Of a stretch of 64,000 bases of DNA, positions 11,029 to 20,484 are shown in pieces. Made by a program: the position numbers and the translations under genes. The stretch covers positions 1-64,000 of the forward strand of contig JAANOX010000201.1 in the NCBI GenBank assembly GCA_020184695.1, in the 5' to 3' direction. Positions within the stretch are counted from its first letter, which is position 1. Each line of letters opens with the position of its first letter. The stretch is from Histomonas meleagridis 2922-C6/04-290x. Taxonomy: Eukaryota; Protista; Parabasalia. Under the pieces are notes generated by a model that was given only the letters and a program-made list of their open reading frames with translations, was not told the origin of the DNA and did not search any database.

Positions 11029-13803
11029 ATGACATTCGCACCAATTGCAAAAATACCCTCTTCAACAAAATTTAGTGCACTAATTACAAATGATGAACTA
11101 CTTCAGATAAATAGCGATACTGTTTCAATAATTTCAGCGCGTTCAGGATTTTGCAAATATTTTTATTTTCTGCCAAAAACTCCACGATTATTCGAAATAA
11201 ACTTAAAATCACCAGAAAGGTTTGCATTAGTCTATCCGAGTGTGAATGGCTTACCAGAATCTATCGTAATTCTTGAAACATATACTGGAAAAGTTCTTAA
11301 ACAATTTAATCTTAAATCTTCCACACAAAAATTTGTACACGTTTCTATTGGTACTCATTTATTCTTTGTTGTTGATTCTAATCCTTCAATTGTATATTAT
11401 GTTCAACCAACAGGAACTCAAATTCAGCAATATGAATGTCCAGGACCTATTACATTCTTGCGTGCAAACACATCTAATCCTGAATTTGCCCTCATTTCTG
11501 GAAAAGAATTGCAAATAATCGAAACCCAAACACCAGCTAAAACACACACAATTCCATTTCAAGAATTTACCTTTTTAAGTTTTGATGATACTCGTATTAC
11601 ATATGGGACAACAGGTCAAGTCAATATCTTAAATTTAGAAAATTCACAAGTCAAGACAATAAGCACACCACACGGTTCACCTCCTCTTAATTGCACAGAA
11701 CTTTATGGTGTTACCAAAGATGGAATGATATTTTCTGCAGATACTGGTTCAGCCATATCATGCGTTTCAAGCCCTTATACAATACAATCCAACATGTCTA
11801 CTGTTGCTGTTTTTTGCAATGGTACAATTTGTATATATGAATCAGCTCGAATTCCAGTTTCCACAGTATCACAGCTCCAACCTCCGGAACCGTTTACAGG
11901 CTCCACTTTTTCAGTAGAATCGTCACTTTACTTCGCCGCTGCATCGGCCATTTATTCATTCAATATTTCGCTCAATGAAATTTCCAAATTTTCACCGAAT
12001 AATGAAAGAATTAAAAAGATTGTCACAACAACAAGCTGTTTATCAGCAGTTTATACGTCACTTGAAGGAGATAAAATTATGACTTATGTTACAGGAACTA
12101 AAAAACGAGATGAGATCGGAATTGATGTTGCATGTGATCAAAAAGGATTTACATGGATTCTTCAAAAAGATGCAATCATCTCATTCCACAAAAAGCTTTT
12201 GTCTATTGAAGAAAAATCACGAATTCCATTACCCGAAGATCATCAATACGATAATATCTTTCGTTTAGGGGATACCATGGCAATCTATTCCACACAGTTA
12301 GGGAAGATATCATATTTAACCCCAAGTAATGAATTACTTTCATTTGAAGCGCCTAAAAATGTGACAATTATTCAATGGCCAGCTTTATGTACCAAAGACA
12401 GGATTTATATCTTAAAGACAGATTTCTCAAACAATTACTCCGATATAAAACTTACTGATTTTGTTTGCATTAAAGAATCAATTACATCATGTTGTTGGTT
12501 AGCCAAAACATTATTTGCTGTTGAAGGCAGAAAAGTTTTAGCCTTTAACCAAAAAGGTCAAAAGCGTTTAATTGACATATTACCAAATGCTATGTGTACA
12601 ATTAGTGCTGCTTTACCATCACAACTATTATTTGTTACTACACTACCTGACCTACGTGTAATCACATTGAAAAGACCGTTTTTGTTTGTTGCTTTGCTTG
12701 ATATCTCATCTGACGATTCGCAATGCCTGAAATACCTTCTATCGTATCTGCCAGCCCTATCGGTTGAGCCAAGAGCAATAACCGGCTTGCAACCGTTAAT
12801 TGCAATGAGCGTGTTTAATAAGGCACCCCCAAAATACGTTAACAAGGGCGTTGTCAAAACGTACTCAAGATTTGCCAGGTTCCATGAATTATTAGGGTTT
12901 ATCAGAAAAAGTGGAAACGATAAGGCAATTTTACATGAAACCGCTGAAGCCGCTCGAAAATTAGGGCAATTTGGTATTGCTCAACAAATTTATGAAGAAA
13001 TTGGTGATGATGAATCATTATTCGAATTGTTTATGATTGCTCGTAGTACTAAAAATCTTGAAGTTTTAGCAAGTAGGTCAGTTCTTGCTCCATCTATTGA
13101 ATATTTTGGTATTTCACCTAAAGATGGAGAATATGAAATGCTACCAAACTTACCTCTTCCTAAGATAAGACAGCCTTATGTTGGAGAAGAATTTACTTTA
13201 TATGCTGGTGATCCAAATGAAAGTACTCCTTTATATCCACCATCATTTGATGAGTTAAATGATTTTGGTATTAGAGAGTACCCATTAACAGGCGAAGAGA
13301 AAATGGCAGAGCAACAAGCAGCAGAAGCATATGATACAGAAAACCAACAAAATGACGATGAAGAAGTTGAATATAAAGAACGACCTACTGATGATGTACT
13401 TGAAAAGGAAGATGATGATCTTGAACTTAATAAACTCTTTGAAGATGATGAAGATGAAGAACCAGTTAAAAAGCTTGATTTCTCGATTAAAATCAAGACT
13501 AACGCTGAAGGAGGAAGAAGGAGGTTACCTCCTCGAGGTCTTAATAAGTTTAAGTTGACAGAAGAAGGCGGCGAAGCGGGTGCAATTCCACCGCGCCAAC
13601 CAGTTAGAAACAGAAAGAAATTCAATATAAACGGTTTACCTACCACAGAGGAAACGATAGCGGCACAACCGCCGCAACCGCCAGTGGAAAATCCAGAACA
13701 TCAATTTATGTCAGAAGGTCTTAATGCAATTGATGCTATGGATGATGGTGATCAACAAAATCCGGCTGATATGTACGTGAGTACTTTATTCACTGATATT
13801 TGA
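11029..13803 (+). CDS. Beta-propeller plus alpha-solenoid protein resembling coatomer alpha/beta-prime, with acidic/Pro-rich tail
   Basis: 924 aa; beta-rich N-terminal ~550 aa; AEAARKLGQFGIAQQIYEEIGDDESLFELFMIARSTKNLEVLA resembles the coatomer WD-associated region. Confidence 0.5.
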   Translation: MTFAPIAKIPSSTKFSALITNDELLQINSDTVSIISARSGFCKYFYFLPKTPRLFEINLKSPERFALVYPSVNGLPESIVILETYTGKVLKQFNLKSSTQKFVHVSIGTHLFFVVDSNPSIVYYVQPTGTQIQQYECPGPITFLRANTSNPEFALISGKELQIIETQTPAKTHTIPFQEFTFLSFDDTRITYGTTGQVNILNLENSQVKTISTPHGSPPLNCTELYGVTKDGMIFSADTGSAISCVSSPYTIQSNMSTVAVFCNGTICIYESARIPVSTVSQLQPPEPFTGSTFSVESSLYFAAASAIYSFNISLNEISKFSPNNERIKKIVTTTSCLSAVYTSLEGDKIMTYVTGTKKRDEIGIDVACDQKGFTWILQKDAIISFHKKLLSIEEKSRIPLPEDHQYDNIFRLGDTMAIYSTQLGKISYLTPSNELLSFEAPKNVTIIQWPALCTKDRIYILKTDFSNNYSDIKLTDFVCIKESITSCCWLAKTLFAVEGRKVLAFNQKGQKRLIDILPNAMCTISAALPSQLLFVTTLPDLRVITLKRPFLFVALLDISSDDSQCLKYLLSYLPALSVEPRAITGLQPLIAMSVFNKAPPKYVNKGVVKTYSRFARFHELLGFIRKSGNDKAILHETAEAARKLGQFGIAQQIYEEIGDDESLFELFMIARSTKNLEVLASRSVLAPSIEYFGISPKDGEYEMLPNLPLPKIRQPYVGEEFTLYAGDPNESTPLYPPSFDELNDFGIREYPLTGEEKMAEQQAAEAYDTENQQNDDEEVEYKERPTDDVLEKEDDDLELNKLFEDDEDEEPVKKLDFSIKIKTNAEGGRRRLPPRGLNKFKLTEEGGEAGAIPPRQPVRNRKKFNINGLPTTEETIAAQPPQPPVENPEHQFMSEGLNAIDAMDDGDQQNPADMYVSTLFTDI

Positions 13804-13846
13804 ATAAAAAACAGTGAAAGTAGAAAAATAAAACGTTTAATTAATA

Positions 13847-13867
13847 AACGGCTTCTGTTGACCGTTT
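13847..13867 (+). promoter_or_regulatory. Two M3-like core-promoter elements (AACGGCTT, GACCGTTT)
   Basis: Both fit the Trichomonas M3 consensus DRCSGYTD, 10-30 nt upstream of ATG 13877; a similar AACGGTTT lies at 20445 upstream of the mannosidase. Confidence 0.4.
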
Positions 13868-13876
13868 AATATTGGA

Positions 13877-15028
13877 ATGGAACCATCGCTTATAAGGAAT
13901 TTCTTTGTAAAAAGTGGTTCTGTTAATTGTGCTTGTATCACTTCAGATGGTAAGTGTATTGTTGCCGGATCTTCGTTAGGATATGTTTTTTTATTCCCGA
14001 TTGATAAATCAATAAAACCAAAAAAATTATCTGGACATAATGGATCTGTTACATATATTTCGCCTATTGGTAATAATTCTGATTTTGTTACTGGAAGTGA
14101 TGATAATACTATTCGTATTTGGAAAGATGAAAATCAAAGTATTATTAGACCAAATTTAGGGAACATTATTTCTGTTTCAGTAGCAGCACGAAAGGGATTT
14201 ATATTAGTTGTGGGAGAAGAAAGAAATCCTATAATTTATGATATGAATGGATCAATTATTTCTTCAATTGAATGTGAGCTTCATCAAATTACATGTAGTG
14301 CAATTTCCGATGATGCCACTATATGCGCTTTCGGTTCAGCAAATGGGAAATGTTTAATTTATAATATTTCTTCCCAAAAGTTCATCTTTACACTTGATGT
14401 TAACGATGAAATTACCGGAATCACTATCAGTTCAGTCCAAAAACTTGTTGCGATTGGTAACTCTGATGGATATATTGCAATATTTGATTTAAATTCCAAT
14501 AAATTTATTAATTCACGAATTCATGATTCATCAGTTACATCACTTTCATTCCATCCGACAGAACCAATTATTTTAAGTGGCTCTTCTGATGGAATCTTAC
14601 GAATAACGAAACATCTTAAAATTATTTACACAATTTTCGCACATAAGAACTCAATAACTGATTTAAGGTTTTCCAAATCAGGCGAAATGTTTGTTTCATG
14701 TGCTCTTGACAAAGGAATTTTCCTATGGAATTCACCAAATATTTATGAAACAGTTGAAGAAGAAGAAGAAATTTTTGATTATGATGAAATAATTGAAGAT
14801 TTTCCTAAATATGACATTAAAAATAATGCTGAAAAAGAAAATTCTGATCTTAAAGATGAAATTCTTAATCAACAAAAGAAATTTATGTTTGATTTCATGG
14901 AAAAAATAAAAAATTTAACTGATGTAATAGAAGAATTAGAAAAGAAAATGGAAAAAATTAATAATAAAATTTCATTGTTAGAGAAAGCTGAAAACGAAAA
15001 GAAAAATCTTGTTAAAAGAAACTATTAA
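13877..15028 (+). CDS. POC1: WD40-repeat protein with C-terminal coiled coil, POC1-like centriolar protein
   Basis: 383 aa; MEPSLIRNF start resembles POC1 (DPxLERHF); seven WD repeats (GHNGSVT..GSDDNTIRIW, HDSSVTSLSFHP, AHKNSIT..LDKGIFLW) then a coiled coil. Confidence 0.6.
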   Translation: MEPSLIRNFFVKSGSVNCACITSDGKCIVAGSSLGYVFLFPIDKSIKPKKLSGHNGSVTYISPIGNNSDFVTGSDDNTIRIWKDENQSIIRPNLGNIISVSVAARKGFILVVGEERNPIIYDMNGSIISSIECELHQITCSAISDDATICAFGSANGKCLIYNISSQKFIFTLDVNDEITGITISSVQKLVAIGNSDGYIAIFDLNSNKFINSRIHDSSVTSLSFHPTEPIILSGSSDGILRITKHLKIIYTIFAHKNSITDLRFSKSGEMFVSCALDKGIFLWNSPNIYETVEEEEEIFDYDEIIEDFPKYDIKNNAEKENSDLKDEILNQQKKFMFDFMEKIKNLTDVIEELEKKMEKINNKISLLEKAENEKKNLVKRNY

Positions 15029-15158
15029 TTTATTTTGTTTAATTCAAAAATTAATTGTATATCATTTTTACTGATAGAAACGAATAAACTTTTTGGTAAA
15101 CGATAAATTTTTAAAAGTGCGCCTTTGAAAAGTGTTTGAACGATAAAAATACCGTCAA

Positions 15159-17015
15159 ATGAATCAGTATGTGAGGCAATTAAGGCAACAAGAGCCTATT
15201 AATTGGGAAATAACAAGTAATATTTGGCGAAACCTTATGGGTACAAAAATTGAAATAAAATTTTCAGAATTTTTTGATGAAATCGTTGACGAATTTATTA
15301 AATCACCAAAAGAATTCCTTAATCAAATAAAAAAATCTCAAACCGAACCAGCAAAAATACTAGCAGATTTTTTATCGCTTGATATAGTCACTAGATCTAT
15401 TCACTTCTTCTCATTTTTTAGATTTATATTTGATTTCACCAAATTGGAAAAATTTGTTTGTCAGACAAACTTCGAGCCTTCTCATTTTAAAGAACATTTT
15501 GGTGACAGAACCAGTATTTTATTCAATTCAATTTGTTATTTATACAAAAAAATGACAACATCATTAAATCATTCAATATTTCCTAAGTACGCACTGAAAA
15601 CTATTCGACTGTTTTCCAAGCTTCTTGTCCCTGAAGGATATAGACAATTCACTTCTACTAATTTCAGATTACAATTTGTTTACATATCACCTGTTTTCTA
15701 TACAAAAAACAAATCTCCTAAAGCTCAGGGATACTGTTGTATTGGTGAGAAAGGAGATTTTGTAATTCTTGATACCACACCTGATAATAAATTAATTGAT
15801 AAATTCGATCAGAACTCCTACACTGGTATGGTAGATGAGGAGCATATTCTCTTCTATCAGAATGACATGACACCTGTCATAAAGCTTGAATTTCCAACAC
15901 CTGATAATGCTAATGACGCTTTTATTTTCTCAATAACACCACCAGAGCCTGGGCTTATGCATATTATCAGTTTTCTTCATTCATTTTCTGCTGTTTCACA
16001 GCAACAAAGATTATTTGGAAATTCATCACTCCCAAAAATCTTTAAAACTGAAGTTCAAAAAGTCATAGAAACCCCAACAATGGAACTTTTACTTTATGCC
16101 TTTGCAACTCCACAAAAAATTTCCAAAATCAATGAGAAAACCATTGATTTCTTTATCTCAGCACTTGGAGACAAACTAATGCCATTCATTCGTGCATTAA
16201 TTCATATGGTTTGGAGTGAAGAACCATTTGGAGGAAGTATTATATTGAGACATGATTCACCGCTTTCTTCATTATTACGTTTAATACTTAAGTTTTACTG
16301 TGGTGACTATCTTTCATATATGGAAGCTGAGATTAAAAGCATAATTGAGGAATCAAATGATTTTATTCGTGAAATGCCTATATCAAATAATGAGGATGCC
16401 TTAGCTTTTATTGACCATGTGTTTAACCCTGAAATAAATCTTTTCTTTGGTTCTGTTGATCATAAAATGTCATCTACTTTAAGAAGTATAATTCGTGTAG
16501 TCTTTATAAGAACTGCCGGATTTTACATAAACCAACATGCCCCTTATTTGGTTATCCCTAATCTAATGTTGTTAAGATTTTTGCTTCCTCATATGACAAC
16601 CAAAATTTCACTTGCATTCCCATCAGGCTCAAAAGTTCAATCGATTTCAAAGCTGGCGGCTTCATCGTTTTTATCGTTGTTCTATCGTAACGGTTGGACA
16701 TCTGATCCGTTTTTGTCGAAGTTTGGCAAGTTTATGGAAAAGTACTATTATGAATCTGTTCGATTCGCTATTCATGTTATAGATTGTCATAAATGGGAAT
16801 TTGAAAACACTGATACATACTTGGATGATAAATGGGATTTAATAGATTTGCTTGGTGATGCAGCAAATAATTTGATTTTGATGAATATGAAAAGTCCAAA
16901 TAAGATATTGAATACACATATATATAGCATTTCTATAATGCAAATGATAGAGGAATACACATATGATTTCTCTATTTTGAGCACAGAGAGCTGGAAAAAA
17001 GATCAATTCATCTAA
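15159..17015 (+). CDS. RasGAP-domain protein (divergent)
   Basis: 618 aa; ILRHDSPLSSLL (FRxNS arginine-finger region) and NLMLLRFLLP (FLRFxxP signature). Confidence 0.65.
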   Translation: MNQYVRQLRQQEPINWEITSNIWRNLMGTKIEIKFSEFFDEIVDEFIKSPKEFLNQIKKSQTEPAKILADFLSLDIVTRSIHFFSFFRFIFDFTKLEKFVCQTNFEPSHFKEHFGDRTSILFNSICYLYKKMTTSLNHSIFPKYALKTIRLFSKLLVPEGYRQFTSTNFRLQFVYISPVFYTKNKSPKAQGYCCIGEKGDFVILDTTPDNKLIDKFDQNSYTGMVDEEHILFYQNDMTPVIKLEFPTPDNANDAFIFSITPPEPGLMHIISFLHSFSAVSQQQRLFGNSSLPKIFKTEVQKVIETPTMELLLYAFATPQKISKINEKTIDFFISALGDKLMPFIRALIHMVWSEEPFGGSIILRHDSPLSSLLRLILKFYCGDYLSYMEAEIKSIIEESNDFIREMPISNNEDALAFIDHVFNPEINLFFGSVDHKMSSTLRSIIRVVFIRTAGFYINQHAPYLVIPNLMLLRFLLPHMTTKISLAFPSGSKVQSISKLAASSFLSLFYRNGWTSDPFLSKFGKFMEKYYYESVRFAIHVIDCHKWEFENTDTYLDDKWDLIDLLGDAANNLILMNMKSPNKILNTHIYSISIMQMIEEYTYDFSILSTESWKKDQFI

Positions 17016-17460
17016 TGTTTCAATATGATCATTTTTAATATTAACATCAATTCTTTCCTGTTCAAGAAGTAATTTAACTGTTTCAATATGACCATTTTGA
17101 AATGCATAATAAAGTGCTGTTCTAAATAATTTAAATAAATTTCAAATATTATTTTGAAATATTAAATTATTAAAATAAATATCAAATATAACAAATAAAT
17201 ATCTTGAGCATTAATCTCAATATCTTTTTGTACAAGAAGTAATTCAACAATTTCTCTATAACCTCTTTTAGATGCTATTATCAGTGTCGTTTTAAATAAA
17301 TTTGAAACAAAGATTTTAAATTATCAAAACAAAATTCATTTTGAGCATTAATCTCAATATCTTTTTTCTCAAGAACATATTTAACAAGCTCAACATTTCC
17401 TGATAAAACTGAATACGGCAATATAAATCTTGGCAATTTAATTCCCAAATGAAGTTCTTT
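17016..17460 (-). pseudogene. 5'-truncated ankyrin-repeat fragment with inserts
   Basis: Minus strand SGNVELVKYVLEKKDIEINAQN [17291-17337] TTLIIASKRGYREIVELLLVQKDIEINAQD [17121-17200] TALYYAFQNGHIETVKLLLEQERIDVNIKN. Confidence 0.8.
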
Positions 17461-17529
17461 AAATATATATATAAAACTATGTGATGCAAATTCTAAAATA
17501 AGTTTATCATTAATTTTAATATTAATTAT

Positions 17530-18549
17530 ATAAAACTTTCAAAAAACAATTGGGAACTTCATAAACAATATATTAAGGAAGGGCATAATCCAGATGAAAT
17601 TGCGAAAATAATTAGAAATGATGAAATCGAAAAGCTTCAAGAAATATCATCACAAACAAATTTTGATTTTAATCAAAAAATCGAACCATCACTTTATGAA
17701 AGATATTCATTTATCAATACAAAAAATGTTACATTAATTGATTATGCAGCATTTTTTTCATCAGTTAAATGTTTTAAATATTTACTTATGAATGATGCTA
17801 ATATAGAAAACACAGGTAAATATGCAGTTGCAGGTGAAAATATTGAAATTATTCATTTACGTGAACAAAATCATTCATCATTTGAAGATGCATATGAAAC
17901 TGCAATTATATTTCATCATAATGATATCTTTAAATATCTTTATGAAAAAAAAAATTGGAAGAAAAATCAGACAATGATTTGATAGTTTATTGTATTAAAA
18001 GTGGATATTATGAAGTTCTTTCATTTTTAGAAGAAAAATGAATGATAATTAATGCTAATATCATTAATGAAACAGAAGAGATTGGAAATTTATTTCTTAT
18101 TAAACATTTTCTCAAAAATACAAAAATTCCAAAAAATATTTTTATTTTTGGTATGGAATCAGGTAATGTTGAAATGATTAAATATATTCTCGAACAAATG
18201 GAATTGATATTAATGCTAAAAATATTTATTTGTTTTATTTGATATTAATATTAATAATTTGATATTATAAAGTAATATTTGGAAATTATTAAAAATATTT
18301 AAAACAGCACTTATGTTTGCATCTGAATATGGTGATATAGAAATAGTTAAATTACTTCTTGAACAAGAAGGAATTAACATAAATGATAAAGACATTTAAT
18401 CTTTTTTATATAATTTTTATTATGATAATTTTCTATTTCAAAATAATATTTGGAAATTATTTAAATTATTTAAAACAGCACTTATGAAAGCATCTTCAAA
18501 AGGTTATACAAAAATAGTTGAATTACTAAATGAAAAAGGGGCTATTTAA
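17530..18549 (+). pseudogene. DUF3447/ankyrin-repeat gene fragment (no 5' end) with inserts
   Basis: NNWELHKQYIKEGHNPDEIAKIIRNDEIEKLQ..TLIDYAAFFSSVKCFKYLLMN..YAVAGENIEIIH (DUF3447-type), then GIDINAKN [18224-18303] TALMFASEYGDIEIVKLLLEQEGININDKD [18394-18474] TALMKASSKGYTKIVELLNEKGAI*; also a TGA and homopolymer frameshifts upstream. Confidence 0.85.
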
Positions 18550-18990
18550 AATTTTAAATATTAATTGGTTCCAGATCCTGCATAAATTGAGTAAATGCTC
18601 TTTCAAATACCTTATCTTTTCGCATTTTGAAGTTTTTTGTTCAACAAATAACTATTAATATCAATATGTTTGTTGTTCTCCGTATTTCTTCAATTTTTTG
18701 TTTTATTGGTTAGAGTACTTTTTTATTTTTTCTTCTCTAATTTTTCGATCTCATCATCCAATCTCTCTCTGAGCAAATTTGTTTTCGTTTTCTTGTGTTT
18801 AGCCATAAGTTCTTTCAGCTCCTTCTCTTTTCCCTTCATTTTCAAGTTGAGTTGCTTCATCACTTATTTTAACAACGTTTGAAATGACCTTGGTATGTAT
18901 GTTTCTTCTAAATGTTTAAGTTTCTTTAAATTAGAGAGAAACTTTGGTTTCTCGACCCAAAAATAAGTAAAGTTCACTTCCTATGAATTT

Positions 18991-19340
18991 TTGTTCAAGA
19001 ATTATCATTTTATTATTTCCGTAGGTTCCACGTTACCGATCACTGCCTGTGAAAACAGTGCAATTCACGACATATTTTCTCAGCTCAATGAGTTAAATCG
19101 TTTATTAACACGTCATCAATCAAATTGTTGGGCACAATACCATTGCAACTTTGTAACATTGCACAAAACCTTCGGAATTCAACTTATCATTTAGGTCCAG
19201 AAGGATCTTTATTTTTCGAGCCTGATCCACAGAAATGGGTACAGTTTCATATATTAGATCTGAAAGCTATTTCAGTATCATTTCATAATTACATTAATTC
19301 CAATACAAAGAAAAGATCAAAATCAGTGATAAAATATTAA
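18991..19340 (+). pseudogene. Frameshifted gene fragment, possibly hAT-like transposase remnant
   Basis: Two overlapping frames; IISVGSTLPITACENSAIHDIF loosely recalls the hAT LPFSxVEN segment; no catalytic motif seen. Confidence 0.2.
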
Positions 19341-20090
19341 AGAAATTTAATGGAATGTTGAGTTTATTTGAAATATCCCAAGTCTTATTTATGTGTAACA
19401 ATGATGAAGATGAAGCCATGCCCATACTTCGTACTATGATTTGATGATTATTAAATATGTGTATATTCATTTTTATAGTTTTTCAAAATGAAAAAATTAA
19501 TACCAAAGTATAACTTTTGATTTGTAATAATATGGAAAATTTTGAATAAAAGTATCAATAGATTTCTCATTTTTGATGAAATTTTATAGCTGCAATGTAG
19601 GGAGCATCTGAAATATCAATTGTTCCAATAAATTTTATGTTTGGAATTTGATTAGTGATTCTACCATTTTTAATTATATAACTAACTATAATGCACTATC
19701 TTATTTATTGGTGTTATCTTATCTTCAAATATAAACTTACCTTTTCCAAATTACTACAGATAGATTCATCAAATTTTTATTTCTTTTCATTAGCGAATAT
19801 TTCCCAGATTTTCGGTTGAATTCATTATATGCATCAATTAACATTAGAATATATTCTTTTTGGAAATTTCTAGAACCTATTTTTTTATACAAAGAAATGC
19901 ATTTCCGAAAAGTGATATGAATTTTTGTAAAAAAATCAAAATTGACAATACTGTATCGGCAGCCGATGAAAAAGTGTTAATTCACAATGAACATTATTTC
20001 GAAGATTTCAGAAACTCGAAAAGTGTTTGGAAATTTTTACGATTGACAAAAAATAATGAGCAATATAATGTGCATAATATTTTTATTATT

Positions 20091-20387
20091 TTATTGTAAC
20101 TTTAGTTCAAGCACTTGTTTAAATTTTGTTTCTGTCGTTTGTTTCTTATTTCTGTTGAACATAAATATTACAATTCCGACAATTATCAAAACTATCACAA
20201 TAGCGCCGCATATAATGCCAATTAACAATTCATTTGATATCGAATTATCTTTTGGTGTAACATCACTGACAACTAATGTATAAAAGTCATAATAATAACT
20301 ATAATAAGACGAATAATATATAACAGTGTAATCGTAATAAATGACATTTGTCGATATATAACTATAAGTGGATGCAAATGTTAACAA
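20091..20387 (-). pseudogene. C-terminal remnant of a type I membrane surface protein (Ser/Thr/Tyr-rich stalk, TM, basic tail)
   Basis: STYSYISTNVIYYDYTVIYYSSYYSYYY stalk, LLIGIICGAIVIVLIIVGIVIFMF TM, NRNKK stop-transfer; no room for an ectodomain before the mannosidase. Confidence 0.55.
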
Positions 20388-20484
20388 TGAAATTGTATTT
20401 ATATCCTTACCAAAATTTCAGTCTTTAATCAAAAAAGTGACTCTAACGGTTTCATGAACTTTTATTTGAATTTGGCGGTTAGCA

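Noticed and set aside
18232-18272. GT...AG pair inside ankyrin insert 18224-18303 whose removal restores frame
   Set aside because: No branch-point motif, leaves about 13 residues in a 4-residue loop, and sister insert 18394-18474 has no GT or AG, so it cannot be the general mechanism
18394-18474. Ribosomal bypass (ATT take-off codon followed by TAA)
   Set aside because: No matching ATT landing codon in the frame needed to resume at AAA ACA GCA
18670-18900. Lys/Glu-rich 45-codon minus-strand frame (MKQLNLKMKGKEKELKELM...)
   Set aside because: Short low-complexity coiled coil; origin cannot be assigned
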